Shown here in pieces: positions 1 through 11,139 of a stretch of 48,403 bases of DNA. Position 1 is the stretch's first letter, and each line of letters opens with the position of its first letter. The notes beneath the pieces are model-generated. The model was not told the origin of the DNA. It worked only from the letters and a program-made list of their open reading frames with translations, and ran no database searches. Origin of the DNA: Nemertoderma westbladi (lineage: Eukaryota; Animalia; Xenacoelomorpha). A program made the translations under genes and the position numbers. The stretch is taken from contig JAUCBJ010001446.1 in assembly GCA_032718475.1 (NCBI GenBank), forward strand, positions 1-48,403, given 5' to 3'.

Positions 1-369
1 ACCTGTTTCACTTTGGATGTCGCCTGTTTCACTTTGAATGTCGCCTGTTTCACTTTGGATGTCGCCTGTTTCACTTTGAATGTCGCCTGTTTCACATTGG
101 ATGTCACCTGTTTCACTTCGAATGTCTCCTGCTTCACTTTGAATGTCGCCTGTTTCATTTTGAATGTCGCCTGCTTCACTTTGAATGTCGCCTGCTTCAC
201 ATTGGAAATCACCTGTTTCACTTTGGATGTCGCCTGTTTCACTTTGAATGTCACCTGTTTCAGTTTGGATGTCGCCTGGATCACTTTGAATGTCGCCTGT
301 TTCACATTGGATGTCACCTGTTTCACATTGGATGTCTCCTGCTTCACTTTGAATGTCGCCTGTTTCACT
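1..369. repeat. 21-bp coding minisatellite (TTGRATGTCGCCTGTTTCACT), ~17 copies, encoding acidic SETGDIQ-type heptads in the minus-strand ZnF gene
   Basis: Direct tandem periodicity of 21 bp, in frame with the minus-strand ORF. Confidence 0.95.
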
Positions 370-2937
370 TGCTTTACGGTCTCTAGGCTTTGGTTCTCTA
401 TTACCCAGGTTATCGATTATATCTACCGCATCAGACGGAGGAGTCATGTGAATATTCCGCGATCGCGTTGCAGATCTTACAATGACAGTAACTGAAGATA
501 AATTATGAATCTCATTCATATGTTTTTTAACAGCATTAACGCTTCTGGTAGAATAACCACATGTGGCATAATGTGGACATGAATACTGCATCTGTACCAC
601 ATGGGAAAGCAAATGTAGACTTAACCACGCTGTCTTTAAAAAGGTAATATTACAAATTCTACAAAATCTATCTTTTTTCACCATATGGTGTTCACGCAGG
701 TGAATTTTTAGTGCCTCTTTGCTCTGTAGTGGAGAATTACATGTCTTACACCAGACATTGTCAAACGCTTGAATTATTACGGGCGGTTTAGCAGTATTCT
801 TAGTACCTGCTACTTCACTACTCTTCTTGGAGTTGGGAGGTGCATCATGTGTAGATCTCTTAGTAATAACTGGTTCCTCAAAAAACCCCACAAACTGCTC
901 ATCATTTGATCCCGGGCTGGAGATAGAATAACTATCATCAGTAATTCCTCCAAATTCTGGTTTAGCATCTAAAACCCCCGGAGTAGGGATACAACATCTG
1001 CTTTTAATAATATTAACTTTTTTAACGTTATGAACTTTAGCTAAATGATGTCTAATAGAAATAGCGGATCTGCAAGCATAATCACTGTACCCTTGGTTAC
1101 ATAGTGGACAAACATACTGCTGGGTATATATATGACGCGTCTCTACATGACCACTTAATTTGGTGGTAGCAGAAGCCTTTTTACAATAGTTGCAGAATCC
1201 CGTCGTCATGTTTGTATGAAATGTCATAAAGTGTTTCTTTAGTAATGATATGTTCGGCTGTTTTATCTTGCACGCCACACAACATATTCTATCAAATGCT
1301 TTAATAGTGAGATAGGAATCAATACTTTCCGGCAATCGATCTGTACGTATTTCTACATTATGGAAATTTCTTTCAACATTATCAGCAGGTGAAGAATTCT
1401 GATCAGACCTCATCGGTTTTAAATCACATGTCCATGTACCGAGATCACCCGCCGAATGTTCTATATTCTCCATGACACTGTTTGAAGTTGAAACGTTTAT
1501 ATCTTCAATGTGACTGTCACTGATAATTTCCATAAATTTGGCTTTATAACTTCTACTCTCCCTTGTAATACCATGTTTATAATTCTTTACATTAATAACA
1601 TGACCAACATTATGAACTCTAGACATATGGGAATTAATCGATTGTGGTGTCCGGCAAGGGTAGTTGCACAATCGGCAAACAAACCGTTGAGCATAAACGT
1701 GATTCCATGCATGATTTACAAATGAGCTAGTAAAATTTTGTTTATTGCAATAATGACAATATGTTGTTTTTTTATTGATATGGTAGTCTACGATATGATC
1801 TCTAAATGAAGGTGGATTTTTCTGCTTTTTCTTGCATACACGACAGCACAATTTCCCCAAATCTTCCGCAGTGGGGCATGGAACAGTAGCTTCAGCTTTG
1901 GTGGACTTTGTAAGCACAGATTTTGGTGTTCGCTTGTCAACTTCTTTGCAAGATTTCATATGTCTGGCAACATTACACTGGTAAGCAAATTCTCTGAGGC
2001 AAAACCTGCACTTGAACGGTTTAGAATTACGGTCCGAGATGAAGGGCTGGTTTTTACTTAATTTGCAAGTAGAAAGACGAGTTTTCCCAAAACTATCCAT
2101 TACTTTAGCCCTAGGGATTTCTCTACGACCCACAAAAACCCAGCCCTTTGGTAGTCTACGAGATATTTTTTTACTAGGTTGAGCTGGGACCGCCCTGGTT
2201 TTCATATTCCTCTTATTACGTAGTTTCTGCCCTTGCACTTTCGATTTTTTTAGATCATGACCACCAACAGTAATTGAACTCGATACTGGGCTCCGATCAG
2301 TCATTTCACCTTCAGTTTTAGGACTTGAGGGAAGTGGTTCCGCCTGATTGTGATCCGTGCAGCCACTGCCAACTGTATGATTGAGAAAACTAATAAAAGT
2401 ATTAAATATTTCCTTACAAACGCCACATTTAAATGGTTGCAGAGACATGTTATTATCCATATCTAAATGTGGTTCTCTGGGAATTCTAGAACATATATCT
2501 CCTGAATCCAGCGTCGCCATATTATGGACCTGCATCTGTACCCTTTCATCACCAGGCATAGCGCCGCACCGAATGCTATTTTCACCTTGAATAGTATCGA
2601 CATCTGATGGGGTTTCATATTTTCCACCATGCATTATATCTATATGATCGGAAAGATTAGAAGGACAGGGAAATGATGTGCCACACATGTGGCAGCTGTT
2701 GAACACAATGTTAACATGATGAAGGATGTGTCCTTCACTCTTTAATGGATCATTCAATAACAACTTACAGGGTAAACACATGTTGTTAATTACGTGTTGT
2801 TTATTAAAGTGGTGGTAGAGAACACCTGGGGTTGTGTAGGTTTTTGAGTTACATCCCGGCGCCGGGCATCGTTTCTGCCATGAAAGTGTACCATCATTCG
2901 GTTTCTTCGCAGAGATACGTAATCCCTGAGAATTCAT
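1..2937 (-). CDS. Multi-C2H2 zinc-finger protein (>=979 aa, 3' end beyond window edge); paralog of 11140-14100
   Basis: Manual translation: ATG at 2937, in-frame TAA upstream at 2947-2949, and no stop codon down to base 1. It begins MNSQGLRISAKK...CPAPGCNSKTYTTPGVLYHHFNKQH...HHVNIVFNSCHMCGTSFPCPSNLSDHIDIMH, with about 14 C2H2/C2HC fingers including three 3-finger modules, and ends in (SETGDIQ)n repeats. Confidence 0.88.
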   Translation of the reverse strand, partial: MNSQGLRISAKKPNDGTLSWQKRCPAPGCNSKTYTTPGVLYHHFNKQHVINNMCLPCKLLLNDPLKSEGHILHHVNIVFNSCHMCGTSFPCPSNLSDHIDIMHGGKYETPSDVDTIQGENSIRCGAMPGDERVQMQVHNMATLDSGDICSRIPREPHLDMDNNMSLQPFKCGVCKEIFNTFISFLNHTVGSGCTDHNQAEPLPSSPKTEGEMTDRSPVSSSITVGGHDLKKSKVQGQKLRNKRNMKTRAVPAQPSKKISRRLPKGWVFVGRREIPRAKVMDSFGKTRLSTCKLSKNQPFISDRNSKPFKCRFCLREFAYQCNVARHMKSCKEVDKRTPKSVLTKSTKAEATVPCPTAEDLGKLCCRVCKKKQKNPPSFRDHIVDYHINKKTTYCHYCNKQNFTSSFVNHAWNHVYAQRFVCRLCNYPCRTPQSINSHMSRVHNVGHVINVKNYKHGITRESRSYKAKFMEIISDSHIEDINVSTSNSVMENIEHSAGDLGTWTCDLKPMRSDQNSSPADNVERNFHNVEIRTDRLPESIDSYLTIKAFDRICCVACKIKQPNISLLKKHFMTFHTNMTTGFCNYCKKASATTKLSGHVETRHIYTQQYVCPLCNQGYSDYACRSAISIRHHLAKVHNVKKVNIIKSRCCIPTPGVLDAKPEFGGITDDSYSISSPGSNDEQFVGFFEEPVITKRSTHDAPPNSKKSSEVAGTKNTAKPPVIIQAFDNVWCKTCNSPLQSKEALKIHLREHHMVKKDRFCRICNITFLKTAWLSLHLLSHVVQMQYSCPHYATCGYSTRSVNAVKKHMNEIHNLSSVTVIVRSATRSRNIHMTPPSDAVDIIDNLGNREPKPRDRKASETGDIQSEAGDIQCETGDIQCETGDIQSDPGDIQTETGDIQSETGDIQSETGDFQCEAGDIQSEAGDIQNETGDIQSEAGDIRSETGDIQCETGDIQSETGDIQSETGDIQSETGDIQSETG

Positions 2938-3427
2938 GTTACTCCATTAACCTCTGTATATGGATATTGAAGAATTTCAGATACTTCACTGCTGCATCAT
3001 CAAATTGACTTTCAGTTTGATAGTTCAATGTTTAATAGTTATCTAGCAGTATAATTTAATGAGTTTTCATCATCGGCAATATAACATACTAACTGAATGA
3101 ACTGACACGTTATATTATAATTATATACGCATTCAATAGGCCTAATAAAAAATATCAAAATAAAGCGAGTAGGCTATTTATAAATTATAAATAACTTATG
3201 CATTGCTAGCATCTAACATGTATAATTGTATAATATGAAATAATTAATTAAGTTAATAATATAAATAGCAGATAACATATTTATTTCAATACATGGGGGT
3301 GGGAGTTGTACATAGAAAACGATCATAGAAGGCTTTACCCCCTGACTTCTGAATGTATAAGTTGCAGAGCGCGCTGTTAATTATTCATCAAAGGCTGTAA
3401 GCTGGTAAGGGCTTCCTGGAAAATATA

Positions 3428-3731
3428 CACATTGGGGCCCATGTGAATAATACCAGACTTTCTGCCGTTATATTTCACTTTGCAGTTACCCCCATGTGAA
3501 GAATACCAGGTTTTCACCAAAACCACAGGTTACAGAAGGGCTGAATCTAACCAAACAGCCAAAACAATAAACGAATTAGTATATGTAAAGGTTATAAGAC
3601 AGAAATAAACGCTATAAAACACTTAATAAAGATAAATTAAAAAAAATAAAAAATCTTCATATATAAAATTCCAATAAAAAGTCGACCGAAAAGTGAAATC
3701 CCGGTATTCTTCACATGGGCGCACATTGGCG
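3428..3731. mobile_element. MITE-like element with imperfect TIRs, TA-flanked (Tc1/mariner-type)
   Basis: GCCCATGTGAATAATACC at the left end vs GGTATTCTTCACATGGGC at the right end; TA on both sides. Confidence 0.5.
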
Positions 3732-3748
3732 TATCGTCAGCTTATAAC

Positions 3749-3993
3749 TAGTGTTGAGAACTGTAACTAAAATTATACCGGTACTGTAACTGTATGACTG
3801 TATGATTTTGTAATTCTTTGATACTGTAGCGGCAACAACTGTCTGACTGTAAATACAGAAATACGAATTTTGAATACTGTAACTGAAACTGTAATTACGA
3901 ATATTGAATACTGTAACTGAAACTGTAATTACGAATTTTGAAAACTGTAACAGAAACTACCGGTACTAAAAATCGATCCAGTTCTCAACCACA
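3749..3993. mobile_element. MITE-like element with short TIRs and internal ~33-bp tandem repeats
   Basis: GTTGAGAACTG ... CAGTTCTCAAC; internal repeats of GAATACTGTAACTGAAACTGTAATTACGAAT. Confidence 0.45.
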
Positions 3994-5197
3994 CAACAGC
4001 ATGCTGACATGAATGAGCATTTGAAACAATAATGTACCGGTTATAGTATAAAGTAGGTCCTATAAAGTAGGCCTACCGCCTAGGCCCTATAGTTTAATAC
4101 ACTAATAAGTAATAAAATAACACTGGTCGACATGACATGTGTATAAATTTTAAAACATTGTATTTTTATTTATTATTACAGTTTTAGATCTCAATAGTAG
4201 TCAATGTCAAGCTGTCAAGTGGACCAACACAAAAGACCCATTCAGGAGTTATACCTTAACAATACAGTAGGCCTACAGACCATCAGACCATTATCAGATT
4301 ATTGCTGTATTGATCTACACCCCTATTTACAATTTAAATTGCTGTTGCGCTGGAAGCCCATACTTTAAGGGTCATACTCATAAGCGACAGAGCTAGGCGT
4401 AATTCAGTACCGTAATTGTTTTAACAGTTTAATGTAGGTACCGGCAGGGGCCTAATAGATGAATAGGCTTACATGATTTAATTCCACAAAATAGGCTCCA
4501 CTTGCTCCAGACTGCCAGACTGGAATCCATGCACTTTGCAATAAAAGCGCGCCAATGTGGCGCGCTCGAAAATCGTAAAGCGCGCCGGCTTTGGCGCTCC
4601 CAAAAATAAAAACCGGCGCCGATTTGTTAGTTTAACAATTACGGAAGTGCCTTAAAAATTACATTAGCTCTTTAAAAATTTTAGGTATTTAGTTAGGGCC
4701 TACTGATATAAAAAGTACGCTATCCGGCGCACTTTTTGGATGGATTCCATCAGTCCATACAGCAAGACCTTGCTGCCTTGTTCAACATTGTTTAAATGGC
4801 TGAATGGGTTGCGGTAAACAGGTAAACCGCGCGGTTTAGCGCACAACTACCTGTTGGGTCGTTCAGTCGTTCACAGTCAGCGATTGGCGGTGTACCGCTG
4901 GGCTGGCCCTGCGGCAGTCTGGCAGTGCAGTACACCGCGCGGTGTACAGTTCCGTTGGATGTGAACGGGCCTTAAATTCAGAACGTAATGTATACATACC
5001 GTTACACTAACACTACACTATAGGCCTACACTATCAGACTATGACTATACCAGTATACAGCACTATACCAGTATACCTGTATACAGCTATAGCCGTATAG
5101 ACTATCTGATTGTCTGAAATCTGACTATCAGTGACTATAGGCCTACTGTCTGAGTGTCCGACTGTGCGTGCAGACGAGACAGGCTGACAGCGTGACA

Positions 5198-5311
5198 GGG
5201 GGGGGGGGGGGGGGTACTGGGGTAACTGTGGACACAAATCGCGCCTTGGCGAATTAATATCCCGCCTCAATGATAAATTCTCAATTTAGGGAAGGCTGGA
5301 AGGGAGCAGGT
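5198..5311 (+). repeat. Dispersed repeat (poly-G plus ~90 bp), second copy at ~14142-14250
   Basis: Shared CTTGGCGAATTAATATCCC(G/A)CCTCAATG(A/T)TAAATTCTCAATTTAGGGAA after a G run. Confidence 0.8.
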
Positions 5312-5364
5312 TACATTGCTGCATTGGCAGATTGGTACATTGCTACATCTGTACATTGCTGCAT

Positions 5365-5440
5365 GGGTCCGTCTAAAAGCCACATCGGACCCAATCGGTA
5401 CCACATCGGACCAAATCGGATGTGGCTTTTAGACGGACCC
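5365..5440. mobile_element. 76-bp foldback mini-element with perfect 22-bp TIRs
   Basis: GGGTCCGTCTAAAAGCCACATC ... GATGTGGCTTTTAGACGGACCC. Confidence 0.7.
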
Positions 5441-6152
5441 TCCACCAAATATAATTTGTAATTAAATATTTGTTGGAGCATAATCTAATCTAGTCCTAAA
5501 GACATTATAAAGTCCTGGGTACATAAGGCAAGGCTGTAAGGTTAGACATAACATGAATGTAAATTGTAAACTAAACAATATGCTAAAAGTAAAGTACAAA
5601 GTACCTAGAATGTACCATTATATTCTAAGTACAGTACAGTCAGTACACTGAAGATACATACAGAGCTGCAAAGGTAACTTTCCAGTTTCCATAACTTAAC
5701 TGTCTGTCATGCATCTCACCTTTAAGTTCGATTCTCAATGTCACGTCCAAAATTGGACTTAAAGTCCAATACTTGACTTTCGTAAAAATTCAAAGCCTTA
5801 TAAAAAAAGTTCCCCCTGGTGAATTTCAGGTCCCCCTGTTCAAAACTCTTATTTTTTGATATACAGTATTTTCGATTAAAGAAAAAAAATCCCGCCCGAT
5901 CCAATTACCCAAGGCCCTGGAACAATTGGCTGATTTGAAGTCCAATATTGGACTCACAGAAGTCCTATTTTGGACTTGAACTGGAGTCGAAGTCCAATTT
6001 TGGACTCAAGTCCAATTTTTGACTTCTCACCGACTGCCTAGTGAATACAGATACTGAGATATGGAATAAAGGTAACCTGAACTTTTTCATGTTAGCACTG
6101 TAGCAATATTCCATTCTCATTGACTCTTGCTGTCTTGTGTTAAACAGGATTA

Positions 6153-7561
6153 CAGTTAGGTACAATGGCCAAATCTGGCAACCTCAAAAGTTGCCACATA
6201 TGGCAATGTTTATTGCCAAATCTGGCAACTTTTGGTTTTTCTAATTTTCGCACGCCCAGAAGCAAAATCGCATTTTGGTAAATAGTTAAGTGAAAAGAGC
6301 GCGAAATTTAAATATAATTGACCGTATAAGAAAAAAAATCATCGTCTGAATTTCTCTTAGCAATAGGCCGAAATGTGCCTAAAATAATTATTGCCATTTT
6401 TGGCAACCATTAGAATTAGAGAAAAATAATGGTTGCCATTTTTGGCAACAATTATTATTGTGCAGCCCTGTCAGTAACCCTGTCATTGTAAATTACTTCA
6501 AAATTGCTTACTGCTTGCTAACCCTTGTCGAGTTGTGATGATTTATAAACATTATTAGTTGATGAAATGTCAGAATGTAGGCCTATTTGATATGTTGTTA
6601 ATATGTTAATGGACAGATGGATGAGTCTGTAACAGATACAGTACTGGTAGACTGGTATAGGGATAGGCCCTATGGTATAGGCATAAACAAATCTAAAGAA
6701 TCACATGCTTCAAAGGCTGAAATGGAAATAAACGTAATAATATTTGACAACGTCAGAACGTTAACATCACCAAAAGGCAGCAAGAAGGCAAGGGGGCATT
6801 AAAGTTTGATAAACAGCGTGACGGAAGAAAAAATAGTGTCAAAATTTAGAAAGACTGAGAAAACCAAAACGCGTGTTAACAGGTTAAGGGATTCAACAAA
6901 TTGTTTCTAGTAGGCCCTAATCAGCTAATGAAAAACGGGATGAAATTATTTTCATTATATGTTTGTATGTACTGATGTAGGAATGGAAAGATAGATATAC
7001 TGAACTGATATCAGGATATAGAGTGAAGGATGATTTAGATTGCTGGGCAATCAGGCAATTGTATCACCATTACACAGTTACAATCATTAACTACTAAACT
7101 ATTATTGGTACAAACAACAATCAACCACCTCCCAAAGCAGCGCCAGAGATTACTAGCAAAAATGTCAAAAAATCAAAAAAACTATCACCAGTCAGTCTGT
7201 GTTTGTGTTATTGACTCTCATTCTCACCTCATTTATTAGGATATATTGTTGTATTGGTTAAAACTTAGAATATGCCACTACTGGTATAAGTATAACATGT
7301 AACCTGGCCCTACCCCTTTGCCTTTTTTCTAGGCCTAACATTAACATTTCAGGATCTAAGGAATGACCATACTGCCATAGAAGGACTTAATGACGCAGAA
7401 CCATATAATCCATATGCAATGAGTTAGTTAAGTTGCCAAATATGGCAACAACGGCTTTATATAGTTGCCAAATCAGGCAATCAGAAATGTTGCCAGATTT
7501 TGCTTGGTTGCCAAATATGGCAATCACAATCATTGCCAGATTTGGCCATTGTACCTAACTG
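6153..7561. mobile_element. Non-autonomous DNA transposon, ~29-bp perfect TIRs, 5-bp TSD GATTA
   Basis: CAGTTAGGTACAATGGCCAAATCTGGCAA ... TTGCCAGATTTGGCCATTGTACCTAACTG, flanked by GATTA on both sides; multiple subterminal TTGCCAnnnnTGGCAA palindromes. Confidence 0.8.
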
Positions 7562-8071
7562 GATTAACGTGATTGGTTGCTGCTTAGTCAGTTAGTAGCA
7601 GCTTTCACCAACCACATTACTTGTTTTATACAAAAGGGACTAATGTTAACTGGAAAAGCCACGATCTAAGCACCAGTACAGTATGTTATCGTGTACAAGT
7701 ACTGAAGTACTGAAGTACCGGCACCGCCACCATACAGAGGGAAGATTGTGTGCGCTAGCTGTACAGTACGCTAAAATTACTTTAAAAATACTTTTTTTAA
7801 CTAATTTTCCACAAAATTTGTTTAAAAAAAGACCTTTTTAACTACCGGCAACCGCTACCGGTTATTTTCTAGAAATTAGTGAAAAAAAGTTAGATTAATT
7901 ACTGAATTACTGAATTACCGGTAACTCAATTTTAAAAATATTAGTGAGAAAAAGGGCCTTTTTCAAATAAGCGTTTTAATTAATCTTTATTATTATTATT
8001 ATGATTTATTCAAGGCAGCAAGGTTAACTGGTTAAGGTACAGTACAGTAGGCCTGTATCTGTATATATATA

Positions 8072-9412
8072 TAGGGGAAAGTGGGGGAAGTAGAATAATG
8101 GGGTAAGTGGAAACAACTGAAGCTGTGCGCTCACAATTATAGATACAAACTAAAAATTCTGAATTCCTAACATAGAATTAAATGGGGAACAAATTTTATA
8201 TAGATTTCTTATAGCTTTATTGAGAACTAAATGGTCAAATTTCAACTTGTTCAATCTTTGAATAAAAAATCCATTTTTTGATTATCTTTGTAAGATTTCA
8301 TGTATGCAATTATGATAGTTTTTATGATCCCATTGTTGTATTAACTGGCTTATTTAAAAGGAAATTTTGTAATCTGTTCAGTTCTAATCTCATTTACATG
8401 ATTTTATATTACCAAAATTGTCTTATATGAGTGATTAAAAAATGGGCCCTATTTTTATGCTGTGGGGTAAGTAGAAACATGTACTACAGTACTAATGTCT
8501 CATTCATTACACCAAGCACAATGTCTAGCGTATTGTACTTTTTTGATTTTTACTACCAGCAATATGTAAATAACACAAAACCATTAGTTACCGGTAGCGT
8601 AATAGATGAAATCGGTTGGTTTAGATGTCCAAGTTTCGACTATGATCCCAGCTGGCAGCTGGGTCAACTGGAAGTGGCCCGAAAAAACTGATCTATGCTA
8701 TTATGCAAGAGACAAAGTTAAACAAAAGATAAGCCATGTTTCCCCCTGCAACAATAGAGGTGTATACTGTGTACCCGGAATGTTAAAATACGTAGCTGCT
8801 GGACATTTTCCTGAATCATAAACTAATATATACCCCTGCTGAACATGTTCCTGAATGTTAAACTACTATAAACTGCACAGCTGATAGACTTATAAGCTTC
8901 TAGGTGAATTACTTAAACCTACTTAAAAGGCCCTACTTAAACAATAACAATATGTAGAATTTGAATATTTAGTAGATTTGAATAAATAGTCACGTATTTT
9001 TATTTACTACTACATTTGGTCGTTGCTTACAGGGTTTACATTGAACAACTATAAAATAATGTTATAACAGTTTCAGTGTGAAATTTTATGTAGTTTCTAT
9101 CTATGGGGTTACTGGAAACATTCTACTTAGCCTAGATTCTGTTTATATGTATTTATATAACCGTCCTTAACCTGTTTCTATTTACCCCAAAATGGGGTAA
9201 GTAGAAACATGTCGAACTTTAAAAAAAGCTCGCCTGCCCAACACTATTGGATAGTGAGGGTCAGGCGAACTTAGTGGTTTAATTGAGAGCTAAAAGGTTT
9301 AAAATAATGTGAAACAAAACAATTTTGATGTACCTATTGTTAAATTCTGTGTAGGGATATTTTCATTTTTTTAAAAACCCAAAAGTGTTTCTACTTCCCC
9401 CACTTTCCCCTA
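8072..9412. mobile_element. Non-autonomous TA-targeting DNA transposon (pogo/Tc1-mariner-like deletion derivative)
   Basis: TIR TAGGGGAAAGTGGGGGAAGTAGAA / TTCTACTTCCCCCACTTTCCCCTA within (TA)n; internal GGGGTAAGTAGAAACA repeats; remnant 8606-8821 (VSTMIPAG..NWKWPEKTDLCYY..RGVY) resembles a transposase-associated C-terminal segment. Confidence 0.75.
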
Positions 9413-11139
9413 TATATATATAATTATATACATATAATTACAAATTAACTGATACTGTCATACTGTACAGCTGTAATACTACGGTACTCTTCCTTCTGTC
9501 CTTCTTAATACTGTAATACAGTAATACATACACGGCTGGCAAAAACCAGAACGAAGAAAGACGAACGAGAAAGAAGAGGTTTTTCAGAACAAAAATTAGG
9601 TTTTAGGTTTTTGGAAGGTTTTTGCAGGTTTTTGAATGTTTATTGTTAGGTTTTTGTAGAATTTATGTCAGACTGTATTTGTATTTGTATACCGGCTGAC
9701 CGGTATTGATTGATTAGATTGGCCTGACTGCCTGTCAGCCTGTGGCATGAGCTTCATTAGTTCATCTGTTCATTCGTTATAGTCAGATAGTTAGATAAAT
9801 TATATGGGGCCAATTTGTTCAAGATTATATTTTATACACCGCAATGGTAGATCAGTAGATCAGTAGATACGTGTAGCTGTAAGAAGCCTACAATATATTA
9901 AAATAATCGATTTGAATTTTGTTTTAAAAAGGGATAGGGTAATATTATTAGTCAGTCCAGCTGCCAGCAGTGAAGTTTTATTGTCGGCTGTTGTTATTGT
10001 TAGTTAAAGCTGTAAAGACAGAAACTCGAAAGTCTTTAGTGTGTGGGTCTGGGTATCATGTATGGAACCAAAATATTTTTGTCATCAGAAATTTCAAAAA
10101 ACAAGCAATTTAGCTCTTTTTTGTGATCAAAAACCTAAAAACCCAGTTTTAGGCTTTTTTCAAATTTTAGGTTTATGACAAAAATCTACAAAAACCTAGG
10201 TTTACAAAAACCTACTTAAACGATAAAAAATATTTAATAGGCCTACCGTCAATATAAAACGCGAGCAAAGAGAGCGAATTATTTTTAGTGAAATTTCACC
10301 TTTTTGCAGTTTTGTATTGTTTTTTTTTTTGCTTTTATGTTTATCGATACCGTATGCCGTAGACTGGTAGATGAAAGGCAGATATTTTTACATTTTTTTT
10401 ACCAAATCCGCACACTTTTGGAGTTTGTCACACATTTCCTTGCACTTTTACCGAAAACTATGAAGTATTTCAAATCCAAGTCATTCTAGACTCTACAGCT
10501 CTAGCCTACCGAGATGCCTTGGCTGATTACAGTATAGGATTAATACTGTAATATAACCACCTCAGAACATTCTTATATTTGTATAATCACAATTTCAGTT
10601 GCGTTTTTCACTTGTCCAATGTCTGAATGTCCACTCTACTGTCTGTCTCTGTGCTATGTGTCCGTCTTCTTCTATGCGCCGAGATCATGGGGGATATCTG
10701 GAATATGGATATCACATTAGGCCCCTAACTGGCTAACTAAACCTATACCTAATGTGATACTGATAATGTATAACTACTGAAATAAGCCTATAAGCATTAA
10801 ATGTATTGTCTATTCTATTGTGTGTGTATGTGACATGTGTCGTGTCCTCATTTTGAGTGAAGCTGAAGAAAATAGTTAATTCAGTAATTGGCCGCTTGTT
10901 CAGTTGTTGTAGACCAGTGGGTTTCTTTCTAAGCTATTTGTTAATATATACCGGTATGTCTTTGACTAGTATTATATTGTAAATGAAGTTAATATATTTA
11001 AGTAAATAGGCTATAATAATATATATATATTGTATGAATTTAGTCGTTACTGGATTGGCATTAGCTCAGGTCAGGAGCTAGTGATATATAAATAGACTTT
11101 TATGGTCTGTAATAAGGTGAATATTATGAAATTGTAATA

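Noticed and set aside
13-495. Plus-strand 160-aa ORF (VACFTLN repeats)
   Set aside because: Antisense shadow of the 21-bp repeat inside the real minus-strand zinc-finger ORF.
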